Positions 47,484-57,207 of a stretch of 64,000 nucleotides of DNA are shown here, one piece after another. Below the pieces are notes generated by a model, which had not been told where the DNA came from, ran no database searches, and saw only the letters and a list, made by a program, of their open reading frames with translations. Position numbers and translations under genes: made by a program. How positions within the stretch are numbered: the first letter of the stretch is position 1; each line of letters starts with the position of its first letter. Origin of the DNA: Candidatus Kaiserbacteria bacterium RIFCSPLOWO2_01_FULL_50_24 (GTDB taxonomy: Bacteria; Patescibacteriota; Minisyncoccia; Phycocordibacterales; UBA2100); the NCBI GenBank assembly GCA_001783335.1, contig MFLU01000002.1, forward strand, positions 4,948 to 68,947, in the 5' to 3' direction.

Positions 47484-48353
47484 TCAAAACGCGGTTGCTG
47501 GTGAAAACGTGAACACACTCCCCGGCTCGTGGGAGGAGAAGGATATTTCTGCCACGGAAAAAAATGTGGCGAGCGTTACTACGGCGGTGACGAGTGAATC
47601 GGCGGCGGCGTTGGATTCATTAATATGGTCAAGGAGTTCGCTATCATTTTGCGCTCCGGTAATCGCACCCAATTTACTTCCCGCGTCTTTATACCGCTCT
47701 GCGATAAGAGCGTGCATGCCCGAAAGGCTCTCTGGAACAAATACCATTGCGAGCATCTCTTCTCCGACATGTGCTATTGAAAGTCCAAGGCGGCGCACCT
47801 CCTCCTCCTTCGTGGTATTTTCGCGGTCTGCGTAAAAGTCTTTTAAAATAGAAACTGCGCGCGTGCCGTACGAGGCTTCGTATGCATGTATGTAGGACCC
47901 AACCTCGTTGCCGTATTCATAGAGCACGTGTTCCTCGTCGCTTCGATCCGGCGGTTCAGAAACGGCGCGAAGCCCCTGCGGAACAAGCGAGTATATTTCG
48001 TCAAGAAAAGAGGTGTCTTCTGTGGCAAGAACTGGGTACGAAGACGGGCGTACGGAAGATAGAAGGAGCGTGTATACATCGAGCACATCTTTCTCAGGCT
48101 TATTCTCATCTGGAGCAGACAGAGCCGGAAGCGGCGGACTGTATTGAAACGGCGAGAGTTGTACAAACGAATCGGAAATGTCACGCTTAGGCGCAGATAG
48201 GGCGGGTACATATATGCCACTCGTTCCTCCCCATGTGGTCGCATACGGGGGGGGATTATGTGCGGTGCGCGAAGATACTATGAGGAGCCCGACTAGGACG
48301 AGCGCCGCCACGCCACCTATGATTGGAAGGAGTGAATGGTTCTGAAGCCACAT
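47484..48353 (-). CDS. Membrane-anchored hypothetical protein
   Basis: One TM segment; YGNEVG...VP.....H pattern resembling the neighbouring gene. Confidence 0.75.
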   Translation of the reverse strand: MWLQNHSLLPIIGGVAALVLVGLLIVSSRTAHNPPPYATTWGGTSGIYVPALSAPKRDISDSFVQLSPFQYSPPLPALSAPDENKPEKDVLDVYTLLLSSVRPSSYPVLATEDTSFLDEIYSLVPQGLRAVSEPPDRSDEEHVLYEYGNEVGSYIHAYEASYGTRAVSILKDFYADRENTTKEEEVRRLGLSIAHVGEEMLAMVFVPESLSGMHALIAERYKDAGSKLGAITGAQNDSELLDHINESNAAADSLVTAVVTLATFFSVAEISFSSHEPGSVFTFSPATAF

Positions 48354-48399
48354 GAGAGTAGTATAACGCAAAATCCAAGTCGCAGGAATCAAACGACTG

Positions 48400-48560
48400 C
48401 TAAAATTCCAAGTACCAAACGAACATTAAAATTCCAAGCACCAAATTACAAACAATGTCTAAATTCCAATTACCAAATACCAAACACGACATGCCCGTTT
48501 TGAATTTGTTATTTCGGTGTTTTGAATTTGTTTGGAATTTGGGATTTGTAATTTGGATTT
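48400..48560. repeat. Family I quasi-palindrome copy
   Basis: Same core; lies between divergent genes. Confidence 0.85.
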
Positions 48561-48594
48561 CATGATGTGTACGCTAGTGGTATACTAGAATCAT

Positions 48595-48921
48595 ATGACG
48601 CGCACTATTTCAGGTATCATATTTTGCGCGTGTCTATTCACGCTGTCGGCTCCCCTGTTTGTTCACGCGTTTCCCTTCGGTGGACAGATTTCGCTCATTA
48701 GACCATGCTACAACAACGCCATTTTTGTGCGCGTCGGACCGCCACGTGGTGGCGATTTCATCTGGACGCCTTCCACTAAAACGTACTTATTTAGTCCGCC
48801 GCGCCGCGCCGGCCAATGGCTTTTGGGGCTCACGGGCGTACCCTACCAGTGCATAGTAACACTTCAGCCGCTTGACACCTGGCCAGGCATTCACATAATG
48901 ATGATGGGGAGCAGTCGCTGA
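48595..48921 (+). CDS. Small secreted hypothetical protein
   Basis: Signal peptide, PFGG.I....C...G.W.LG...C...GSS. Confidence 0.75.
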   Translation: MTRTISGIIFCACLFTLSAPLFVHAFPFGGQISLIRPCYNNAIFVRVGPPRGGDFIWTPSTKTYLFSPPRRAGQWLLGLTGVPYQCIVTLQPLDTWPGIHIMMMGSSR

Positions 48922-49114
48922 TGCGGAATGGTTGACCATTCTGCATAGACGACTGCTCGGCCGGAGCGATGCCGAGCCAGCAGGCGAGGCCGCGAGGCGT
49001 GGTCACGACCGAGTCCGAGCGACGGCGAGGACTAGAGCTGTGACGCAGTCGCTGATGCGGAATGGTTGACCATTCTGCATAGACGACTGCTCGGCCGGAG
49101 CGATGCCGAGCCAG
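48911..49114. repeat. 70-bp direct repeat of a double hairpin
   Basis: 48911-48980 equals 49045-49114. Confidence 0.92.
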
Positions 49115-49498
49115 TAGGCGAGAAGCGAGCGAAGCGTAGCTTCGCAAGGCCGGAGGCGCGTCGGCGCCGAGGCGGGATCGCGCAATTCGCCAGCAGGCGA
49201 ATATGCGTGACAGACCGCGAGGCGGGTGAGGCGTGCCGGGGGCACGCCGCAAGACCTTCTGAGGTATTTTGGAGCACGTAGTGCGAACAAAATATCCAGA
49301 AGGTATACTGATCCTGTAAGGATCGACGGGCTCCGAGCGGAAGCGAGGAGAACCGGTGGTCGAGCTGATAAAAATTAAAAAGGAAAAAGTAAAAACGACA
49401 ATTAAAAGTTAAAAATTATCCAAATTGTAACGACAGCGGACGTTTTACATTTTAAACTGCAATTTTTACTTTTTCATTCTTAATTTTTAATTTAAAAT

Positions 49499-50098
49499 AT
49501 GCACACCTACGAACCAAAAAGCTTCTCCCTACCAGCCCTTGATGGAATTTCGGAAAAACAAATCGACGCGCATCTCGGTCTCTACCAAGGATACGTAAAA
49601 CACATTAATCTTTTGCGTGAGCAGATTGCGGATTTAACGAATGAGGACGCTGAAAAGTACGCGTTCGCGATTGAATCCACACGTCGCCGCATGGGTTTTG
49701 AGTTTAATGGCATGCGCATGCACGAATTTTATTTTCCACAGTGGGAAGGTGGTTCGACTTCGCAGACCACAGGAGGCGCGCTTGAGAAAGTACTCGTGGA
49801 GAAATATGGTTCGTGGGACGGTTTCTTGACGCACTTCAAAAAAGTCGGGATGTCGCGCGGGAGCGGTTGGGCAACTCTCTGTTGGGACAAGAAAGGAAAG
49901 ACGCCGCACGTGTGGTGGACGGTTGACCACGAGCTAGGCATGCTCGCCGACGTTCGGATCCTTCTCGCGATGGATATGTGGGAGCATGCCTACATGGTGG
50001 ATTATCTGCCGGTGGAAAAAATGAAGCACATTGAAGCATTTCTTAAAAATTTGAACTGGGGTGTGGTGGAAGCGCGATTTGAGAGCGCCCTGTCGTGA
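49499..50098 (+). CDS. Fe/Mn superoxide dismutase family protein
   Basis: H...YQGYV, NG..MHE.YF, GSGW, DMWEHAY. Confidence 0.93.
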   Translation: MHTYEPKSFSLPALDGISEKQIDAHLGLYQGYVKHINLLREQIADLTNEDAEKYAFAIESTRRRMGFEFNGMRMHEFYFPQWEGGSTSQTTGGALEKVLVEKYGSWDGFLTHFKKVGMSRGSGWATLCWDKKGKTPHVWWTVDHELGMLADVRILLAMDMWEHAYMVDYLPVEKMKHIEAFLKNLNWGVVEARFESALS

Positions 50099-50192
50099 TT
50101 TTCAGCGAGTTCGTACAAACACGGACAAATTGACCAAGGGGGTTTGTTCGTGCAGAATTACAGTAGACGAAGCGTGCTCATGGGAGGCGCGT

Positions 50193-50558
50193 ATGACCCG
50201 CGAAACGAGCGTGGCCGAGAAAAGTAAAGAAGAGGAAGACAGAGAGGAGATCTTGTATGTGCTCGGGGCATATGCAATGGGTATTGAACCACGAGACATA
50301 TGTGCGTCTGCGCGTCTTGAAACACTCGCGAATGCGGTTGGTTTGTTTATAGATCGCGGATACATAGAGGACGTTGGGGAAACGGTAAACGACATCTGTG
50401 AAAAAGCGAATGAATGCGGTCTCGGAAAGACGGCGTGGCTGGAAAAACTCAAGAAAAAGGCCGGCATCCCTACGGGCGACCCCGATGTGCAGGAGCGTGA
50501 TGACGGGGGCGAATATGGGGACGAGGACGATGATGTAGACGAGACTGAAGATAAGTAA
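50193..50558 (+). CDS. Acidic hypothetical protein
   Basis: ATG preceded by GGAGG; no recognisable motif. Confidence 0.55.
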   Translation: MTRETSVAEKSKEEEDREEILYVLGAYAMGIEPRDICASARLETLANAVGLFIDRGYIEDVGETVNDICEKANECGLGKTAWLEKLKKKAGIPTGDPDVQERDDGGEYGDEDDDVDETEDK

Positions 50559-50595
50559 TCCTACTGCGGCGGAGAACACATGCTCCGCCGCGATT

Positions 50596-52095
50596 TCATT
50601 TTGCGCTGGACCCTGAATTTTTGCGGCGCACATACCATAAGAGCGCCGCGTAGGCGGCCACGACCCACACGAAGTTGAATGTACCGAGCGGAATACTCGC
50701 AAGCGGCAGATGAGCCAAAAAATCGGCTACTCCCACAAAGTATGAAAGAAGCAGGTGTGCCGGCAGTGCGACAGTGGGCGCGAGCCACTCGACTGCGCCG
50801 AGGGCAGGCAGGCCAAACACGAGTCCTGCGATGGAAGCGAGTATGGAGAAAAACATTGCGGCGGGTAGTGCCGCTAGGACAAGCATGTTGGCAGGGAGTG
50901 AAAAGAGCGAGAACGCGCCACTCTGATAGAGAAGAAGCGGGAGCACGGCTGTTTGTGTTGCAATCGTTGTAGCCGCGATTTCTTGTATTCTGGGCCAGCG
51001 TGCCAAGCGCGCGCAGAAAGGCAGAATGTTTGGCGTTAACATAACGATGCCCCACGTGGCGGCTATGGACAACTGAAACCCAGGATCAAAAGCGAGGACG
51101 TATGGGTTCCACAGAATCATGCCGAATGCAACGAATGCTAGCGCGCGAATGGTAAGGTAGGTACGTTTTGTGGCGCGCCCAGCCATACCGATAATTGCCA
51201 TTGCCGCGGCACGCACCGAAGGCGCCGCGGCACCCGTCATGATGACAAATGAGATTGCCACCATGCCGCCGACACCGAAGCGAACGCTCTGCGGCGCCCA
51301 CGCGAACATTTTGGAAAGTGCGTTAATAACAACCATAATGTTGTAGCCGGACAAGACCACAATGTGAATGAGTGCTGTCGTGCGAAACATGTCTGAAAGT
51401 TCTCCGCCGAGCGCGCGTTTATCCCCCACCGTGATGCCTCCCGCAAGCGCGGCGGACGGCTCGGGAAGCGCGCGCTGAAGTCCTTCCAGATATTTTTGTT
51501 TTATCCAGAGAACGTTTTTTACAAATAAATTTCCCTCGTTCTCGCCGATTTTTTCTGCTAGTGCGAACGAGAGCGTGTACAGTATGCCGTCTTTTTTTAG
51601 GAACGCCGGATAGTTGAACGCGCGGCCCGTGTCCGTTTCGAAACGCTCCGGAAGAGTTAGTGTGCCGGTGACACTAACTTTGTCGCCGTACACAATGGTG
51701 CTATAGAGGGGGACTACCGCAAGCACTCCAAGCGACTCTGTAGCACCATGTACCTCTGTTTGTATGTGAATGCGCGTGCTATTCTCTCGCACGTCCGGTT
51801 CTCTAACCGCGACACCCTCTAGGGTTACTTCTTGACCAAGTCGCTGGTCTAATGCCGCATCTCGCGGAGAGTCCGCGAGATGCATGCGAGCGATTCCAGC
51901 GGCGCTGGCCAGAAAAAATACGGCACACAACGCCGCACTTGTTCTCGTCTTGGCATCAAGCGCGGCAAACACACCAATCGCGCCAGCGATCAACAACACC
52001 CCGCCTGTCGCGGCCCATCCGAGTGAAACAAATGACGCAAGAAAAACACCGGCCGCGAAGCCGACGACTGTCGCCCAAAAAATACGCACGCCCAT
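50596..52095 (-). CDS. comEC: ComEC/Rec2 DNA uptake channel (no beta-lactamase domain)
   Basis: HIVVLSGYN, SVRAA.M, DPGFQLS..AT. Confidence 0.95.
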   Translation of the reverse strand: MGVRIFWATVVGFAAGVFLASFVSLGWAATGGVLLIAGAIGVFAALDAKTRTSAALCAVFFLASAAGIARMHLADSPRDAALDQRLGQEVTLEGVAVREPDVRENSTRIHIQTEVHGATESLGVLAVVPLYSTIVYGDKVSVTGTLTLPERFETDTGRAFNYPAFLKKDGILYTLSFALAEKIGENEGNLFVKNVLWIKQKYLEGLQRALPEPSAALAGGITVGDKRALGGELSDMFRTTALIHIVVLSGYNIMVVINALSKMFAWAPQSVRFGVGGMVAISFVIMTGAAAPSVRAAAMAIIGMAGRATKRTYLTIRALAFVAFGMILWNPYVLAFDPGFQLSIAATWGIVMLTPNILPFCARLARWPRIQEIAATTIATQTAVLPLLLYQSGAFSLFSLPANMLVLAALPAAMFFSILASIAGLVFGLPALGAVEWLAPTVALPAHLLLSYFVGVADFLAHLPLASIPLGTFNFVWVVAAYAALLWYVRRKNSGSSAK

Positions 52096-52111
52096 TGGCG
52101 GGAATAATAGA

Positions 52112-52411
52112 TTATGCGCGCGGCTTATCCAAGCTCGCGAGACCGAGCACTTTGAATATAAGGTATACCGCGAGCGCAAGAACAAAAAAATCAACGACTG
52201 CTCCTATGAATTTTCCTATCGCGATAGTGCCCAAGTGAACATCCGCAAGTCGCTGGGTGCCGCCGAAAAGATAGACGAGGGTCGGATTAATGATGTCGGC
52301 AGAAAATGACGTGGTAACGCGTGAGACCGCGCCACCCAAAACAAAGCCGATCGCGAGCCCCATGACGCCGCGTTCTCGGATGAAATCTATAAAACCAAGT
52401 ATCTGTTGCAT
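52112..52411 (-). CDS. mscL: Large-conductance mechanosensitive channel
   Basis: F..FI...GV..LAIGFVLG.A...DIINP...G.FI. Confidence 0.9.
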   Translation of the reverse strand: MQQILGFIDFIRERGVMGLAIGFVLGGAVSRVTTSFSADIINPTLVYLFGGTQRLADVHLGTIAIGKFIGAVVDFFVLALAVYLIFKVLGLASLDKPRA

Positions 52412-52504
52412 AACTCCCCATTATCCACTCTATTCCACTTTTGTCTATTTCCACTAACGCAAGTTCTTGCGTTAGTGGAATACGCGGTTTAAACCACATT
52501 TGCA

Positions 52505-52547
52505 CACACTACACATTTGGTCCGGTCGGCCCAAATGTGTAGTGTGT
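52505..52547. repeat. REP-like palindrome, copy 2
   Basis: CACACTACACATTTGG...CCAAATGTGTAGTGTG. Confidence 0.8.
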
Positions 52548-52570
52548 AAAACAAGTCTCCCGAGTGTCTT

Positions 52571-52978
52571 TTAGAGCATGTCTATTGCCTCGTTGACGAG
52601 CGCGTCCGCCTCCGCATTCTTTTCGCGCGGTATGTGCACAAAGCGATGATTTGGAAAGTGCGCCACCAAAAGATTATGCACTTTCATATACTGCGGCCAA
52701 AGCGTTTCTTCTTTCACTTGATACTCGTTGTTCATCTGGCGAACGATGAGTTCGCTGTCCATTCGTATCTCTATTTCCTTTCCTTTTAACCCGCGTTTTT
52801 TTGCTTCCTCAAGTCCGAGTATCACTGCCCCATACTCCGCCCAATTATTCGTACGATTATCCCCAAGAAATTTCTTGTGCTCGAACAATCTTTTATTCCC
52901 TTCGTACGCAACGATACCTGCACCGGCTGGGCCTGGATTCCCACGTGCTCCACCGTCGGTGTATAGAATAATCGACAT
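52571..52978 (-). CDS. rnhA: Ribonuclease HI
   Basis: TDGGARGNPG, TNN.AEY, DSEL, PRE.N.EAD. Confidence 0.95.
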   Translation of the reverse strand: MSIILYTDGGARGNPGPAGAGIVAYEGNKRLFEHKKFLGDNRTNNWAEYGAVILGLEEAKKRGLKGKEIEIRMDSELIVRQMNNEYQVKEETLWPQYMKVHNLLVAHFPNHRFVHIPREKNAEADALVNEAIDML

Positions 52979-52980
52979 GC

Positions 52981-53625
52981 CTATGTTGATGTCGGGACCA
53001 CTTCACTCGCTCGGTGTTCCAGTGTTCGGTATACGTGCACAAATGCGAGTGCTGAAACTGGCAGGGTAACGAGGAGTCCGACAAAGAGCGCGAGTGCTCC
53101 GGCGACATTCAGAAGCCCGAGAACAACAACCACTCCTAGAAGTGTCCACCTATACCCTTTTGTGATGCGTATACTTTCTTTTAGCGCACCAATAGGGCCA
53201 AGTGCACGATCTACAACGATGTACGGTGCAAACGCGAACATGAGTGTGAGAATGATGCCTGGGACGACAAGAAGAATAAGTCCGAAAAGGACCGCGATAC
53301 CAATTAAAATTTTTGCCGCAAGATAGTACCAGAACGGCATGGGCGAAAAAAGCCCGGAGAGTTTTATTGACCCAACGTTCTCGTGTGCCTTAAGCGCAAG
53401 ATTGACGAGCGCGATTTCTATTATTGTGCCGATTGCTATGGATGCAAGTATGACGGCAATATTGAGCGCGGCCGGTACCTCTCTAGACTCTGCCCCGTCT
53501 GTCGCGAGTGAAATGATTCCGATAATAGAGAAGTATGCAGCATATACGCCGACAAAAAACCATAGCCTTTTCTTGAACGTTTTCCAGCCGAAGCGCACAC
53601 ACTCCTTTATCGACAGTTGTTGCAT
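52981..53625 (-). CDS. Integral membrane protein (DUF975-like)
   Basis: LL.VPGI......F...I.....I.AL.ES...TKG. Confidence 0.75.
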   Translation of the reverse strand: MQQLSIKECVRFGWKTFKKRLWFFVGVYAAYFSIIGIISLATDGAESREVPAALNIAVILASIAIGTIIEIALVNLALKAHENVGSIKLSGLFSPMPFWYYLAAKILIGIAVLFGLILLVVPGIILTLMFAFAPYIVVDRALGPIGALKESIRITKGYRWTLLGVVVVLGLLNVAGALALFVGLLVTLPVSALAFVHVYRTLEHRASEVVPTST

Positions 53626-53787
53626 GAGTACATTGTATTACTGGAATGCGCCGAGAACACCCTGTGCTTGTGTACAGGGCGTTCTCGGCGCAATCGTGAT
53701 TTGTGCGGCCGGTGGCCGCTCCTATTGGAGACAAAAACGCCATGGTTCGGCTCGCCTCCTCTGTGGGGATGGGGCGAGCCGACGTTT

Positions 53788-55464
53788 TTACGCGAGTAAA
53801 AGGTCGGTAACGCGAAGCGCAAGTGCGTTCGCTCCACGATACGAATCACGCTCAAGTGTTGCGAGCGCGACAACAGAACGTCCCGGAGTTGGCGGCGCAG
53901 AGAAACTCTCCGGTGAAGTGAAAAATTGAAAACAGCGCACCGTGTGCCCCGACGTTTTGCATTCTAACGACACTTCAATATGTTCTTTCGCTTTTCCGAA
54001 TCGGCGCATTGCCGATACAGAGCCGCCGGAGATCCGCAGAATGGGTTTGGGATTTCCCATGCCGAACGGCGCAAGACGCGAGAGTTCTTGAAGGAGGTTC
54101 CACGAACAGTTGGGTAACGAAATTGCTGTATCCCACGCGGCTTTTTCTTCCGGTGCGTTTTGCCGAACGCCGGAGGCGGCACGCGCGAGTGTTTCGTGTA
54201 GGGTGTGAATATGTTCTGCGGAAACGGAAAAACCACCGGATGCTTTATGTCCGCCGTATTCCAGAAGCGCATCGTGCGCGTTTGCAAAAAGTTCTGTGAC
54301 GGATATGGAGCCGTCGGAGCGACATGAGCCCTTTATGGTACCGTTCGCGTCGCGCCCCCACAAACATACAACACCCGTGCGCTCCCCTAGCACGGAATTT
54401 GCCGCGAGCCCCAATAGTGCGGGTTTCCATTCGGTGTTACCGACAACAACAATACGTTCTTCTTTCGTAAAGCGGGCGCGTACTTTTCGTTTTGCTTCGC
54501 GCACCACGGCCCCCACGACGCCTTTTCTGGATGTGTTCAGGCGTTCAAGTTTCTGCGCAATACGTTCGGCCTCATCGGGACTTTGCGTGGTGAGGAGGCG
54601 TAGCGCGAGCTCCGGCTCGTCCATGCGCGACGCGGCGTTAATACGCGGGGCGATTGAAAAACCAATATCATCTTCGGTGAGCTCATTCTGGCGTATGTGC
54701 AAGAGGGTGCAGAGCGCGCGAATACCGAGGCGCGGGGATTTGCGGAGTACTTTTAATCCAAAATGTGCAAGCGCGCGATTTTCTCCGACGAGCGGAACCA
54801 TGTCTGCGACGGTGGCTATAGCGACGAGGTCCAGAAGCCACTTTTCCCACCCTTCTGCCACACTCGCAAACGCAAGTAAGTTGCGTTTGCGTCCCTCTGT
54901 AAGAGTGGCACACGCCAACTTCCACGCTACCGCCGTGCCGCAGAGGTCCGGAAACGGGTACACGCCAAGCTTCGGATTGAGAAACGCGGCGGCGTCCGGT
55001 ATTACACCCGTAATTTCGTGGTGGTCGGCAATGATAACGTCTATTCCTTTTTCTTTTGCAAAACGCACCGTGTCAGCCGCTCCACCTCCGACATCTATGG
55101 TAATGATGAGCGACACGCCGTCCGCCGCGAGCTTTTCCACTGCTCCTTTATGGAATCCGTATCCCTCTCGGTCGCGATGCGGAATGTACACGATGAAGTT
55201 TTCGTACCCGACTTTTTTGAGAAAATCGTGGAAAAGTGCGGCGCCCGGAATGCCGTCGCAGTCAAAGTCGGCGTATATCGCGATACGCTCTCCTCCTTGT
55301 ATGGCCGCGAGCAGTCGTGAAACCGCTCGCTCCATACCGAGAAACGCTAAGGGATCGTGTGTGTCGCGCTCATAATCTGGATTAAGAAATATCTCAACAT
55401 CATCCACTTTCGTTATTCCGCGTTTTTCCAAAAGTGTCCGAATGATATCGGTATTGCCTGGCAT
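53788..55464 (-). CDS. recJ: ssDNA exonuclease RecJ
   Basis: DFDCDG, DHH, APRINA, GSCRS, GGH. Confidence 0.95.
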   Translation of the reverse strand: MPGNTDIIRTLLEKRGITKVDDVEIFLNPDYERDTHDPLAFLGMERAVSRLLAAIQGGERIAIYADFDCDGIPGAALFHDFLKKVGYENFIVYIPHRDREGYGFHKGAVEKLAADGVSLIITIDVGGGAADTVRFAKEKGIDVIIADHHEITGVIPDAAAFLNPKLGVYPFPDLCGTAVAWKLACATLTEGRKRNLLAFASVAEGWEKWLLDLVAIATVADMVPLVGENRALAHFGLKVLRKSPRLGIRALCTLLHIRQNELTEDDIGFSIAPRINAASRMDEPELALRLLTTQSPDEAERIAQKLERLNTSRKGVVGAVVREAKRKVRARFTKEERIVVVGNTEWKPALLGLAANSVLGERTGVVCLWGRDANGTIKGSCRSDGSISVTELFANAHDALLEYGGHKASGGFSVSAEHIHTLHETLARAASGVRQNAPEEKAAWDTAISLPNCSWNLLQELSRLAPFGMGNPKPILRISGGSVSAMRRFGKAKEHIEVSLECKTSGHTVRCFQFFTSPESFSAPPTPGRSVVALATLERDSYRGANALALRVTDLLLA

Positions 55465-55489
55465 GGCTTTGCATTATACGCTATGCGAT

Positions 55490-55957
55490 ATGTCTTCCAA
55501 TTGCATATTCTGCAAAATAGTTTCTGGCGAAGCGTCGGGACACACAATATGGGAGGACGAGAAACACCTCGCGTTTCTAAGTATCTTTCCGAATACCGAG
55601 GGCGTTTCCGTTGTTATCACCAAAAAACACCATCCAAGCTATGTGGCTGATTTACCGGACGAGATTTCCAACGCTCTACTTTCTGCCGCGAAAAAGGTCG
55701 CGAAGAAAATAGACGCCGCGTTTGATGACGTAGACCGCACCGGACTGGTGTTTGAAGGGTTTGGTGTGGACCATATTCACGTAAAGTTATTCCCGCTTCA
55801 TGGAACAAAAAGCGATACATGGGAACAAAGAAGCAGCGACGTGGACAAATATTTTGAAGTGTACGAGGGTCACATTTCCTCGCACGACTACAAGCGTGCT
55901 GACGACGCGGAACTTGCCGCTCTCGCAGAAAAAATCCGTGCTACAAAAACGCAGTGA
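55490..55957 (+). CDS. HIT family protein
   Basis: CIFCKI; HIHVKL (third His replaced). Confidence 0.9.
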   Translation: MSSNCIFCKIVSGEASGHTIWEDEKHLAFLSIFPNTEGVSVVITKKHHPSYVADLPDEISNALLSAAKKVAKKIDAAFDDVDRTGLVFEGFGVDHIHVKLFPLHGTKSDTWEQRSSDVDKYFEVYEGHISSHDYKRADDAELAALAEKIRATKTQ

Positions 55958-56082
55958 TTTTTGGTGTGTACACTTTTACTCACCATGGTGAGTAAAAGTG
56001 TACAGCTCGCTATCGACAAAAAATAACCGCGATGCCGATTTGTTGGCGTCGCGGTCTGTGGGAGTTCAACCCACACAGGGAA

Positions 56083-57207
56083 TCAGCCGAGGGCTTTAAT
56101 TGCGGGTAGCGTTCTCTTTAACAAATACTCCAACATGGCACCGCCGCCGGTTGAGACGAAGCCGAGGTTTTTGAGCGGCACGCCGGCTTTTTCTATTGCG
56201 GCGATGGTGTCCCCCCCGCCGATAATTTTTTCGGCGCCACTCTTGGAGATGAACTCGGCAATTGTTTGTGTTTGCGCATTAAAACCATGCTCAAAAATCC
56301 CCGTCGGGCCGTTCCAGAGAATAAACTTTGCTTTTTCAATAAGTGGAGCGAGCTCTGCTACACTCTCTGGTCCGATATCTGCGATTAGGTCGTCCTCAAG
56401 GACTGCCCTCGGTTTTTTGGTTAATACCTGCCCGTCTAAGCGCTCCACCACCACATCGTCCGGCGCGAGAAGGCGCGGATGATTTGCCACTTTTTCATCC
56501 GGCGCGTGTTCTGAAACGCGCGAGCGTCCCACCGGAAAGCCGCGTGCTTTCAAGACATCGTTTGCGATGGCGCCGACGACGCATACATCGTCGTAACTTT
56601 GGAGAAACAACTGTATGACAGGGTCTTTCGTTTCAAATTTTGCGCCGCCGATTATCGCAAGCGACGGCCTCGGCGGTTTCAGCGCTTTCGCAAGGTGTTC
56701 TACTTCGTCGCGAAGCAAGAGCCCCGCGTATGATGGAAGTAGCTTGGGAAGGCGCACCATGGATGCGTGCTCGCGGTGCGAGTTTGAGAATGCATCGTTT
56801 ACATAGAGGTCGCCGAGTTGCGCGAGTTCTCCCGCGAAGAGCCCGTCGTTCGCCACCTCGCGCTCGTCGCGGCGAAGATTTTCAAGGAGGAGGACATCGC
56901 CCTCTTTCATTGCCTCTACTGCGGCGCGTGCTTGTGTGCCGGAAATATCCGGCACATATATCACAGGTAGAAATTTTTTAAGCGCGCGCGCAACTGGCGC
57001 GTTTGTGTCTTCCGGTTTGCGCCCTATATGTGAGAGAATAACGACGCGCGCGCCCGCGTCTTTCAGAAGTTTCAACGTGGGCAACCCTTTTTCAATACGA
57101 AACACTTCCGACACCTCTCCATCTGTAAGCGCAACATCAAATCCCGCGCGCACCAAAACGCGCTTGCCGTGCAATCGCTCGGCCGGCAGCTCGTTAACGT
57201 AACGCAT
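56083..57207 (-). CDS. pgk: Phosphoglycerate kinase
   Basis: SHIGR, LLENLR, NDAF..HR, GGAK, WNGP, GGGDT, STGGGA. Confidence 0.97.
   Translation of the reverse strand: MRYVNELPAERLHGKRVLVRAGFDVALTDGEVSEVFRIEKGLPTLKLLKDAGARVVILSHIGRKPEDTNAPVARALKKFLPVIYVPDISGTQARAAVEAMKEGDVLLLENLRRDEREVANDGLFAGELAQLGDLYVNDAFSNSHREHASMVRLPKLLPSYAGLLLRDEVEHLAKALKPPRPSLAIIGGAKFETKDPVIQLFLQSYDDVCVVGAIANDVLKARGFPVGRSRVSEHAPDEKVANHPRLLAPDDVVVERLDGQVLTKKPRAVLEDDLIADIGPESVAELAPLIEKAKFILWNGPTGIFEHGFNAQTQTIAEFISKSGAEKIIGGGDTIAAIEKAGVPLKNLGFVSTGGGAMLEYLLKRTLPAIKALG

Noticed and set aside
34164-48353. ICE or prophage
   Set aside because: No integrase, relaxase, att repeats or phage structural genes
54296-55375. Long antisense ORFs (here and over virB4, tpiA and others)
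   Set aside because: Shadow frames of well-supported genes
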